From: Octopus vulgaris
Taxonomy: Eukaryota
NCBI GenBank assembly: GCA_951406725.2
Contig: OX597818.1
Location: 23,374,001-23,438,000, forward strand
Length of the DNA stretch: 64,000 bases
Reading direction: 5' to 3'
This document shows positions 27,630 through 38,661 of the stretch, one piece after another (position 1 is the stretch's first letter; each line of letters opens with the position of its first letter). Under the pieces are notes generated by a model, which did no database searches, had not been told where the DNA came from, and saw only the letters and a program-made list of their open reading frames with translations. Made by a program: the position numbers and the translations under genes.

Positions 27630-28370
27630 AGACCTTGCAAAGATGAAGGCTTGGGTAGGTGATTGGAAAATAACATTTGAGCCATCAAAATGTAAAGCAA
27701 TGGTCCTGTCAAGGAAAATATAAACCCATCAAACCTTCCATAGCACTTTGGGAATTACAGACTGTGTATGAAAAAGCAGCTTGAGATTTTGGCCATCACC
27801 ATAGACAGGGTCTCGTGTGGGAAGAACATATCCCCACTGTATGTAATAAGAAAGGCTTGAAATTCCCACTGTATGTAATAAACAAAGACTTGAAATATTA
27901 CAAAAAATTGCAAATGAGCTGAACGTAGAAAGAGGAGCCATCATTTAATGAATCCAGATCCAAAACATTCTGATGTAAATAAGCTTTTGCTGGACAAATA
28001 AATACCTCACAGACTATGTATACTTATATGACTTACTACTGTCAAAAGGACAGCTCTTAAGATCATAGACATTATTGGAGCAGATGCTGCCAAAAAAATT
28101 CACAGTCAATACAGGAGACAAGTTGCAGCAATAATAGCTCTATACAAAATGTGTACACAGCACAGCTTATCAGAAAAACTCAGCAGCAATGTTCTGCAGC
28201 AGTACAAAATAAATTGTCTTTACAAAAACCAGTACATTGCACAGCTTCTCAACACTTAATACAAAGAGTTACACTCTAGACAGAGCCTTTTCTATTTAGC
28301 TATCGCAGTTTGGAACAAACTTCCATGGATAGTCAGAGGTTATCTCAAGCTTTCAAAGGCAGAGAGAATA
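27630..28370 (+). mobile_element. Degraded CR1/L2-like LINE 3' fragment
   Basis: WVGDWKITFEPSKCKAMVLSRK resembles the RT C-terminal W...W...F...KC motif; the rest is heavily decayed. Confidence 0.55.
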
Positions 28371-28572
28371 AATAGTGTTTGTCATTCTCACATTGGCAAT
28401 CCAGTGAAGAAGTCAATGTTCGTTTGGAAATTTATAACCAATGACAATTGTTCACTAATGCATTACATAAATTTAAAAAATATGCTTACAAAGGAATATG
28501 TATGTATTGATATATGTATATGTCTCTGTGTGTATTTGTGAGTGTGTATATATACATATATATTTGATGTAT

Positions 28573-29096
28573 TTCTATGTCCATAGAAATACAGGTGGAG
28601 AAGGATTGTGCACGAGGGGACAGCCACTTTTGAGAAATCTCAAGTTGTACATGAGAAAGTAAGGAGGGATGTCAGGAAGGGCATCGCTGTTACACTTCCA
28701 GATGGAAAGGGTCTTCCTTTGATGCTGACATGCAATGTCTGTGCAAGACCCTGCCTCAGTAAAGCTGGACTCAAGAGTCTTCTTCGTAGTCATAAAGCAA
28801 GACAAATGAGTGACAACCTTGGCCACTGGTGGTGGTGTAACACACCATACTAATCATATCTGTCAGGCATGTGGAAGAGAGTGTAATTCGGCAGGAGGAC
28901 TTAAACGACATGCTAAGGTACATGAAGCCCAGTTACAACAACAGCCGGCTATTACCGGTAAAAGTTTTAGTTGCCAATTCTGTACAAGACATTGTAGATC
29001 TTTAGCTGGGCTAAAAAGTCACATTCGATCACAGCACCAGTAACAGTTAAGCTTCGTGCAATGGCCATACTCAATAACGAGGGGGCAGCCATAATG
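28573..29096 (+). mobile_element. 5'-truncated RTE-like LINE with three C-terminal C2H2 zinc fingers
   Basis: CNVCARPCLSKAGLKSLLRSH, CQACGRECNSAGGLKRHAKVH, CQFCTRHCRSLAGLKSHIRSQH; 13-bp TSD ATATTTGATGTAT at 28560-28572 and 29097-29109. Confidence 0.8.
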
Positions 29097-29143
29097 ATAT
29101 TTGATGTATATATATACATGTATGTATATATATTTATATATAC

Positions 29144-29182
<39 letters not shown>

Positions 29183-29183
<1 letters not shown>

Positions 29184-30188
29184 GGGAAAGAAGCAACAAG
29201 AATGGATTAGTTTTTAGTACAATTGTTTCATACAAAGACAGGCTTTATTACAAGTTGCAAAAATTGCAGCAGATAAAAGTGTCCCGTACTCATCAGCTAA
29301 AATACATATGAGTTCTCTAGACATCTTAGTGGGTGAGGTTATACTCATGAAATATTGGAGATAATTCCATTAGAGGCAGATATAGGTTGTAAACAGTTTT
29401 CCAAAGTTCCTTAATGATGATGCACAGTCTTATCACAGATTTTTACAAACTTATTAGTTTCGAAGAGAAGATGAATTAATCCATAGTGTAGATTTAAATT
29501 TCCAGAGATATGAGGAGGATGATGCACAGACTTATCACAGGTTTTTAAAGACTTATTAGCTTCACAGAAAAGGTGAATTAATCCATAGTGAAGATTTAAA
29601 TTTCCAGCGGTAAGAGGAGGAATTTCATACTCACAGACGATGTATTTAACCATTATTAATCCACAATCATTTCATGCTATATGATAAGGTAATTTGCCAT
29701 ATTACTGCTCTCCGTGCAAAACTGCTATGTTAAGATTTCTAAAGGCTGAAGGAATTTATTTGTGGGGCAAAGAAAAGAAAATAAAAGAAAAAAGAAAAGA
29801 GACAAGGAAAAAAGAAAAAGAAAAAGGAGAAGAAGAAGAAAGAAGGAAAAGAAAAAGAAAAAGAAAAAAGAAAGAGAAACGGGGGAGAAGGATAGAAAAG
29901 AAAAAGAAAGAGAAAAGAAAAAGAAAAAAGGAAAAGGAAAAGAGAACTCATATGTATTTTAGCTGATGAGTACGGGACACTTTTATCGGCTGCAATTTTT
30001 GCAACTTGTAATAAAGCCTGTCTTTGTATGAAACAATTGTACTAAAAACTAATCCATTCTTGTTGCTTCTTTCCCGTTTATAATCACCCCACATTACTGT
30101 ATGGTTAACACCATATAGTTTTTCTGGTGCATCTAAGTTAAGTACCACATTCAAGTAAATTCATTGGAATTTACTTGAATCTTAATTG

Positions 30189-30192
<4 letters not shown>
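29183..30192. mobile_element. Fold-back PLE-like element with 136-bp inverted arms, each carrying an intact HHR; inserted in (TA)n
   Basis: Arms 29183-29318 and 29941-30076 (one mismatch seen); 102-bp internal tandem duplication; purine tract 29767-29944; extra 3' extension to about 30192. Confidence 0.75.
29957..30047 (+). ncRNA. Type I hammerhead ribozyme with extended stem II (mirror copy 29212-29302 on -)
   Basis: TTTTAG-CTGATGA-GTACGGGACA...TGTCTTTGTAT-GAAA-CAATTG-TA-CTAAAA: 6-bp stem I, full core, palindromic helix III, GUA site. Confidence 0.85.
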
Positions 30193-30227
<35 letters not shown>

Positions 30228-30229
30228 TG

Positions 30230-30439
30230 AGAAAAAGTCCTTTTATTATTCCTTTTATTTCTTAATTATTATTAGTAGTTTCGTTCCTCTCTAGAGCTTC
30301 TCAAATACAAGCAAATTGTATTTGACAAGTTCTAGAGAGGAACAAAAGTGCTAATACTAATGAAGAAAAAAAAGGATTTCTTTTCCAAAATTCTGACTAT
30401 TTTTCTCAGTATTCAATTCTGTAGATCATACCTAATACT

Positions 30440-30440
<1 letters not shown>
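30230..30440. mobile_element. Tight palindrome of two U3:A8-type HHR motifs (30269-30308 on -, 30318-30357 on +)
   Basis: + copy GTAT-TTGACAA-GTTC-tagagag-GAAC-AAAA-GTGC-TA-ATAC; - copy keeps GAAA; 5-nt spacer; (TA)n flanks. Confidence 0.55.
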
Positions 30441-30489
<49 letters not shown>

Positions 30490-30519
30490 ATATATATTTA
30501 CATATATACATATATATAC

Positions 30520-30565
<46 letters not shown>

Positions 30566-30639
30566 CATATATATGTATGCATATGTATGTATGTATGTAT
30601 GCATTCATACGTGTATGTATGTTTACATACACGTCTGAT

Positions 30640-31295
30640 ATGTTCTTCGCTAAACTGTCCTGTGTCAATGACAGAACCTCTGCTGTTATTTAACATGCTA
30701 TCCATAGGAAAGGACGAAACATACAGATGGTGTGCACTGGTCCATCCCAGAGGAAATTTCTATCTAGGAATAATACCACAGATAGTATCGTGGCATATAG
30801 ACTATCCAGTTGCCCCAACAATTACTGCAAGGTAGTCTGCAGAAAATGTGAGACATCCAGCATTGAGTGCACCACCAAGAAATCACACATTCAAATCAAA
30901 GAACATATGCCCACAGGCATTTCAATCAAAAAACACCTAGGGAAGTGTTAGACCCAGTGTTTCAAGGTATCCATCAAGGCCACTCAATGCAACAGAGGCA
31001 ATCTCAGAATCATAGAGGTTCTCCTTATCGACAAACTGAGACCAGCCATAAACAGAAAAGAACTACTTGAAGTAAACTGGTTACTGTAGCAACACTAGTA
31101 TGCATATGCCACCCTCCTCCCCATCACATCTGAACAACTAATTTTTCCACCCTTCGTTTTACCGCATGCACTGAAGAAGGAGATCATAGTCTCAAAATGT
31201 AAAACTACAACTTTGTTTTGCTTTATTTTCTTTTTTACTATTTACTTTATACCTTCTCACATTGTTCTGGCCTTATCCAACAAGGCTCTTTAATG
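30640..31295 (+). mobile_element. Penelope-like element 3' remnant: GIY-YIG endonuclease plus degenerate HHR
   Basis: YCKVVCRKCETSSIECTTKKSHIQIKEH, then in another frame LRIIEVLLIDKLRPAINRKE; downstream CTGAAGA-AG-GAGA-tcatag-TCTC-AAAA-TGT-A at about 31171-31201. Confidence 0.7.
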
Positions 31296-31320
31296 AAATA
31301 TATATATATATATATATATA

Positions 31321-31484
31321 CCGTATTTTAATGTGTATAAGGAATCTTATTTTGTCAAAAATTAAGTTTAAAAAATATGGGAGTTTCTTATACATGGATA
31401 GCATTATAGATATTAATAAATTACTTAATTCCTTGAACCGCAAATCTCCAAATTAGGGGGTTCCTTATACACATTAAAATACAG
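31321..31484. mobile_element. Tc2-like MITE
   Basis: TIR CCGTATTTTAATGTGTATAAGGAA / TTCCTTATACACATTAAAATACAG; TA flanks. Confidence 0.75.
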
Positions 31485-31567
31485 TATATATATATATATG
31501 TATGTATGTATATATAAGTATGAATGTGTTGACTGTTGCTAATGACCCCAGGAAATATTGCTCATGA

Positions 31568-31616
<49 letters not shown>

Positions 31617-33914
31617 GTTTGTCTTTATATATAATTATAAAATTTTAAAAAATGCTTTGGGATATTAATGGATCAATTTGTTCAGTAACTAAATATAGCA
31701 CCGGATTATATTTTGTGCATGACAGATGGGAATTAAGTTTTGGATTTATAAGTGTTTCTTTTCGCTATTAGCTGAAACTATTTAAGCATATATGTAAACT
31801 GAGGTGAGAAAGACTTTATATCAGAATGTAAACACAGATGAAAGTGAACTTTATGTTAAAATGTCATATTAAACAGAGCACAAATTCAATCATATATTAT
31901 ACCACCAGGAATTATTCAATTGAGTAAATTCCTTTTCTGAAAATGGATTTCCTTTGTACTAATGTTAGAAATTATTATAACACCTCACTCATGACTCTTC
32001 AATACCCCTAGTACTGTCAGCACAATGGGCTATGAGCTTTCTCCAAACATCCCAATTTCTTGCTTTTCTCAATTCTAATTAAGCAGGCTCCCTTTTCTAT
32101 CATATCGTCCTGGAACATACTGCGCTATGTCTTCCTTGGTCTTCCAGTCTGTTATTTTCCTCCTACTGGAATGTAGTCATTTATACATTTATCAGTAAAT
32201 ATACATTCACTTTATCCATCAACAGTCATACACCCTCAATCAAAGATGTTCATTTTTAAAACTCACACACACACATCACATGTACTTATATGAATGTCTT
32301 TCTCTCTCTTTTGCTTGTAGTTGGAAAATATGTTCAATACATTCAAAAAGCTTATATTAAAGTAACAGGCACAGTCATATTCACACATACTCGCACATTG
32401 ATTTTGTTTAACACCCACACATAAGTTTTGATAAATATGTCCTTCAACAGACTCATTCAATCTAACAATCCTTACATTTTCATTAAAAAAATTCAATAAA
32501 TTTTTTCTCCAAAGTATGCATGAGTATGCAGCTGATAAGAATTAAACCAACAACATTAGCCACACCCTTCATAAATAAAAGATTATCTCTGGGGCGTAAA
32601 CGATGCATAGTAAGTAATACAAAATGTCTTACCATTTAATCTGCAATAACAGGCTTAAATCCTGACCAGCTTAACACAATCCAGCTGTTTAAAATGTATC
32701 CCCACTTGTAAAAGTCACCTTCAACCATCATTTAAAGTTTAAAAATACCATATATCACTAGTTTAGTGACTGAATGAGTGGATATCTGATTTTATTCAAA
32801 TGACTAAAACAGATTGTGTATAAATTCCAACTGGAACAAGTATAACTGTTCACAATTGTAATAAAAGTACATAGTATTTTATTGGTTTCAGCCACTAAGA
32901 GTATGTATAACCATTCGGCTAATAAATTATTTTATTAATGTAAAGTAGCAAATATGAGATAACTACAAAATAATAGAAAAATTTTAATGTTTCTCAAATC
33001 ACATGGATCCACACGTATGGCTTGTTGTAAAGTCCAGTTTTTTTTTTATAGTATCAACTGGATAAGAAACAATTTTTACTTGTGGATAAAATTTTCATCA
33101 CAGGTAAATTTTCTAAGAAGGAAATGGGCTACTGTGTGTTCCAAACATGCCAAAGTAATCACTGCTACATAATTTTCATGAAACTGCCAATGAAATTGCT
33201 GGAGGGAACTATATTATCAGTAGGTACTGATATTACTGTGATCTCTTTACAACAGCTACTGTTGTGTACTTGGACTTCCGCCAAGGTCGACTTTGCCTTT
33301 CATCGCACTGGGGTCGATATAATCAACCTAATCCATTTGTCTGTCCTTGTTTGTCCTCTCTATGTTTAGCCCCTTGTGGGTAGTAAAGAAATAGGTACTT
33401 GGACTACATGCATATATACATATACATGTATACATACAGGCATATATACATACAAGCATACATGCATATATAACATATACATATATATATATGCACATAT
33501 TTATATATTATTTATATTATTTATATATTTGTGTGTGTGTGTGAAACAACTCAAGAAATCTGCATCAAACACATGGGAAAATAATTACTTAATATTAGAA
33601 CACATCTTGTTTCTGCAAACAAAACTCACAACTTGTTTCATAAACAAGACAGTAGTAATTCCATAATACTATTTCATGAGTACCATGAAGCTTTTGATTG
33701 GTTACTATTCTGAATGAATCAAGATATGAATCAGCAGAAAGAAACAAAAAAAATTTCTTCATATTTTTATATATATTTTTGTGTGAGTTTGTTTATTTGC
33801 TTGTGTGTGCACATGTAGATATATATATGTGCATACTTGGGTATGTATGAATGTATGTATGAACGTATGTATGTATGTATGTATGTATGTATGTATGTAT
33901 GTATGTATGTATGT

Positions 33915-34252
33915 CATGCGCAGGGACATAGAAATAATCAGACTGAATACCCAATCGCACGGTTAAACCATTGGGAGTGAAGGACTCCTAGCCTTTGTTA
34001 GGGCATCCTTCTAGGAGAAGTTAACTCAGGTAACTGGGATAACTCCGACATAAAACCTACGGCTCAGTGGTTAATGATGATGTTGACTTGTTCTTTTCGG
34101 ATTATGGCTGCTGTTGCTTAGTGAGTGGGATTGACTCAGTGCACAGCCTTTCCTCACTTTAAAAAAATCTCCTTGCACACGCATTGCACAATAACAACAT
34201 TGATTAAGCTTCGTGCAATGGCCGTACTCAATAACGAGGGGGCAGCCACCAT
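33915..34252 (+). mobile_element. Short non-autonomous RTE derivative (putative 5' UTR fused to 3' UTR)
   Basis: 3' end AAGCTTCGTGCAATGGCCGTACTCAATAACGAGGGGGCAGCCA nearly identical to 29049-29091; no ORF; sits in (TATG)n. Confidence 0.65.
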
Positions 34253-34557
34253 GTATGTATGTAAGGATGGATGGATGGATGGATGGATGTTTGAGTGTGT
34301 GTGTGTTTGTGTATGTATGTATGTATGAGTATAAGCAAAGGCAGAGCTGCTGTTTGTATGATTTTTGACAAAATTATTAGCTACATTTATCACAAAAAAT
34401 TTATAGAAGCAAACCAGAGGTAGAAACCATCTGAGGACTCATGATGAAAATGCCATCAAACCTGTTATACTTATGTCTGCAATGAGAGAGTGGTTATTTG
34501 TGAAATCAAGTTGATGATCACCATATGTACAAATGTGCATATGTATATATGCATGCT

Positions 34558-34635
<78 letters not shown>

Positions 34636-34660
34636 CACACATATATATATGTATATACAT

Positions 34661-34704
<44 letters not shown>

Positions 34705-34845
34705 GTATATATGTATATATGCATGTATATATATACATATATAATTAAAAAACAGAGAAAAAAGAAAAACAAAAACAAAAAAGCAAAAATAGGACGTAGC
34801 ACAAGCAATGTATCAATATGACACTCGGAGAAGGAAAGGAATAGT

Positions 34846-34882
34846 TGTTTTATATTTCAAGCATAGCTCTTCTTCAGAAACA
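34846..34882 (-). ncRNA. Minimal HHR in a PLE-terminus-like fragment (about 34740-34965)
   Basis: TGTTT-CTGAAGA-a-GAGC-tat-GCTT-GAAA-TA-TA-AAACA; 5-bp stem I. Confidence 0.6.
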
Positions 34883-36256
34883 GGAAAAACAGAAAAGTCC
34901 ACACGAAAGAAGGAAGAAGGAGGAAAAAAATTGTCCATAATCCATGTGCAATTATATTTCAGGTTATATATAATTATATATATATATATATATATATGTA
35001 TTTATATACATATATATCGATTGTCAGTAAATCATAAATTAGAGTCAATCTCAAGTACAGGATGTAAGATGGAGTCAGATGTCAAAAATAATATATACTA
35101 TAATTCATTACAGATGGCCACATGTTTCACTCTAAATGTGCTTATCAGATGACTGAGATAATTGCTTTATCTAATGGAATTCAAAGCTAAAATTGGAAGG
35201 ACCTATTTGAAACCTGGATATTCTAAAAATGGATTGAGAAGATAAAGAAATTTTATATTATATTGAAAGGGGAGAGAAATAATGAGAGGCATGGGAAGAG
35301 AAATAATGTCTTGAAAGAGAGGATGCATGAAGTGCAACTAGAGCCAAAGTTCTTATTGATCTAAAATTTGTTGCAGGAGCAAAATATTTCATAGAATAGA
35401 CAAACATGGAAGAAAGTGAAAGAAAGAAGATAGATGAAGTGGTGGCCATCTCGGATTACACTGTGTAACATGATTTTTGTCCTTGAGTAGTAACTGTTAT
35501 TTCCTACTTGCTTACTCCTAGAAAGTATGAAAGATGGCTAATATTTCCATCAAATTTTGCTTTTGTTACACTTATTCAAGTCCCAAAGATTTCCTCTCAA
35601 TGCATGGCTATGATGCTTGCCCACCACTCCTGCTCATGATCAGAGATGCATATATTGTCAGTCACTAAGTGGTTAAGGTCAAGCAACTGACAAGCAAATC
35701 TGTGGTATTAGGCAGAATATTTGTTATAATGATATTTCTGCTTCAGCAACTCAGGGTTGAAGCTGTCTAAAATGTAATGGAAGATAGGTCAGGTTCAAAA
35801 CATAGATGTCCAGGTCACAAAAGCAAAGTTCAAAAGGAATAGTAGTCATTTCTTGTGATTCCTAGACAGAAGCAAATAGGAAATAACACTTACTGACCAA
35901 AGACAGACAAAAATAATAAAATGAAAATTTTGTTACACAGTGTTATAGATGCTATTAACTTCATGAATTTATTCTTTTTATTAATTCTTCAAATATTTTC
36001 CCTGTACCTTTCTTTCAAGTAAGTTTCAGTTTGAGATCCTTTCACCTCTTTTAAGAATTTATTTGTGAATGAAATAAATCATGTAAGTATAGATTATAGT
36101 ATGGAAATATTTTATGTAATAATAATTCTATACAATGAAAGTTTGCTAACTCAGTAACATAGAATATCTTTCCTCTATCTTTTAGCCTTTTGCTTTATAT
36201 TAAACTACTCAACACTCACCCTGTCTCAGTATTTTTCATCACTTCTTATTTTTACC

Positions 36257-36261
<5 letters not shown>

Positions 36262-36345
<84 letters not shown>

Positions 36346-36373
36346 TCTCTCTCCCTCTCTCTCTCCCTCTCTC
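36262..36373. repeat. (CT)n microsatellite
   Basis: Seen directly. Confidence 0.95.
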
Positions 36374-36495
36374 AAGGTTTTCATCTCCCTTTTCCTTTTC
36401 TCCCTTTTTCTAGCTATCTCTAATGCTCTGTTTCTCATTCTCAATCTTTTACTCTTCTTACAAGTAGTCTCTCTGTCTCAGTTTCCAACACTGTT

Positions 36496-36519
36496 TGAGT
36501 CACTTGTTGCTATGACAAC
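36496..36519. promoter_or_regulatory. AP-1 site next to an RFX X-box
   Basis: TGAGTCA at 36496-36502; GTTGCTATGACAAC at 36506-36519 fits the X-box palindrome; second near-copy GTTGCTATGACAGC at 37155-37168. Confidence 0.4.
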
Positions 36520-37442
36520 GATGTCTTTGCCAAGATGAAAGTTTCACTCTCCTCAGAGATGTAGATCATATATTTGAAAAATTTAAATTATGTCTTACTG
36601 TTCTTGAGGATTCTTTTGTTTGTCTTTTTTTTATATATATATTCTTTACCTAGAATTCTTTTTATGTCATACCTCAGATTTTCCATATGTTGAAAATTAG
36701 CTCTATATATGAGTGTGTAACATTCTTACAGCATATTGCTTAATAGTAGCTAAAGTTTTATCAACCTGTTTATCAATCTAACTTTCTCAGACATTGTGTG
36801 AGTCTTATTGAAGAGTATATTCAATGCCATGTTCCTTTTTTTTTTTTTTGCTGTTTATTTCTTTCTATTACTACATAAAACTCTTTCCCCCTTCTCCCTC
36901 TTTCTTACAATCCCTATCTTCCCTTTTTCTATTTTTCTCTTTGATTTTCATTAAACCATTTAACATTCTCCCTACCACTGTTTTTTCCTTTTTCACTATC
37001 TCTCTCATTGTCTCTTTCAGGATTTACGTTTCTTCACTTCTTTCCCTCACCCTCATTATAATTAACTCCTATGCTCTATTTTTCTCACTCTTTTAATCTT
37101 CATCCCCAGTTTACATACATTCTTTTTTCTGTTCCTAACACTCTTGTATCTATAGTTGCTATGACAGCAGTAATGCAGTATAGAGTGTATGATAATCCTA
37201 CAGTATAATAAAAACTGACCAATAAAACAGTGACAAGCGACTTAAGCCTTTTACATAGAGAGAATATTCTCAGTCTGATTCTTTCCATTTTTATCAAGCT
37301 TTCTACTAAATATTGGTACAAAGAAATATTTTTATTATAAAAAGTAATATATTCAATCCTATAACTACTTTGGGAGCTTGTATATTTAAGTTAGTTTTAA
37401 TATTTATTTTGATGTCCATTTTAGTGATATGAGGACTGGTCT

Positions 37443-37671
37443 TGTTTACTCTTTTATTCTTTTACTTGTTTCAGTCATTTGACTGTGTCCATGCTGGAGC
37501 ACCGCCTTTAGTCAACTAAATCAACCCCAGGACTTATTCTTTGTAAGCCTAGTACTTATTCTATCGGTTTCTTTTGCTGAACCACTAAGTTATGGGGACG
37601 TAAACACACCAGCATTGATTGTCAAGCGATGTTGGGGGGACAAACACAGACACACAAACGTATACACCTAC

Positions 37672-37704
<33 letters not shown>

Positions 37705-37880
37705 TGTATAAAGATATACAATGGGCTTCTTTCAGTTTCCATCTACCAAATCCACTCACAAGGCTTTGGTTGGCCCAAGGCTATAGTAGAAGACACTTGC
37801 CCAAGGTGCCATGCAGTGGGACTGAACCTGGAACCATGTGGTTCAAAAGCAAGCTACTTACCACACAGCCACTCCTACGC
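37443..37880 (-). mobile_element. SINE family A copy
   Basis: Reverse complement of the 3762-4190 type. Confidence 0.9.
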
Positions 37881-38619
37881 CTGTGTGTGTGTGTCTGTAA
37901 AACTATTTTATGAACAAATTAAACCTAATTGTGTTCCTGATGTTTCAACTGCTTCCCTATAATTTTGGTTCATATACATCATGGTTCATATATATTAGGG
38001 TGTATATGAACCATGGATTGAAACATACTTCGGTAACATGGAGTATCATCAACAAAGCTTCTCTATACTTCAATAGTTCCTGAATCTGAAGACGTTGCTT
38101 TACTGAACAGTTCTAAATATTAAAACAGCCTGCAATATCAATTAGCCAGAGATCTGAGATATCAAGTTGTCTCAATGGGAAAAAAAATTCTTTTTAGACA
38201 GCTTCCAGAACTCCAAGAATTTAAGGCATATTAATTATTCAAATGCAAGGCAAATAAATTCAGCAAGAACTGTGAGATGGCTGTCTGTTGACATTGATTA
38301 TACATCTAGACAGGGTGTTTTCCCTTACATCATAGCAGCTTAGTTAACATTAATAATATCTTGGGCCTCCACATAACCAACCGCATGTCCCAACTCAACC
38401 AAATAGAATCAGCCTAGCTGGTGTGTTGGTGTGTTGCTGACATATAGGTTGTGTCATCCCTTCCCTAATAATGCCTGGCCGATCATGTATCTGTGTCAAA
38501 CCCCATGTAGTAATGTATTATCAATTCCTAATTACAGTAAGTTCTTACATTAACACACACACACACACACACATGCACATCACTCACACATGCACGCATA
38601 CATATGCACGCATACATAT

Positions 38620-38661
<42 letters not shown>

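Noticed and set aside
29694-29966. Lys/Glu/Arg-rich ORF
   Set aside because: Translation of a purine-rich low-complexity tract.
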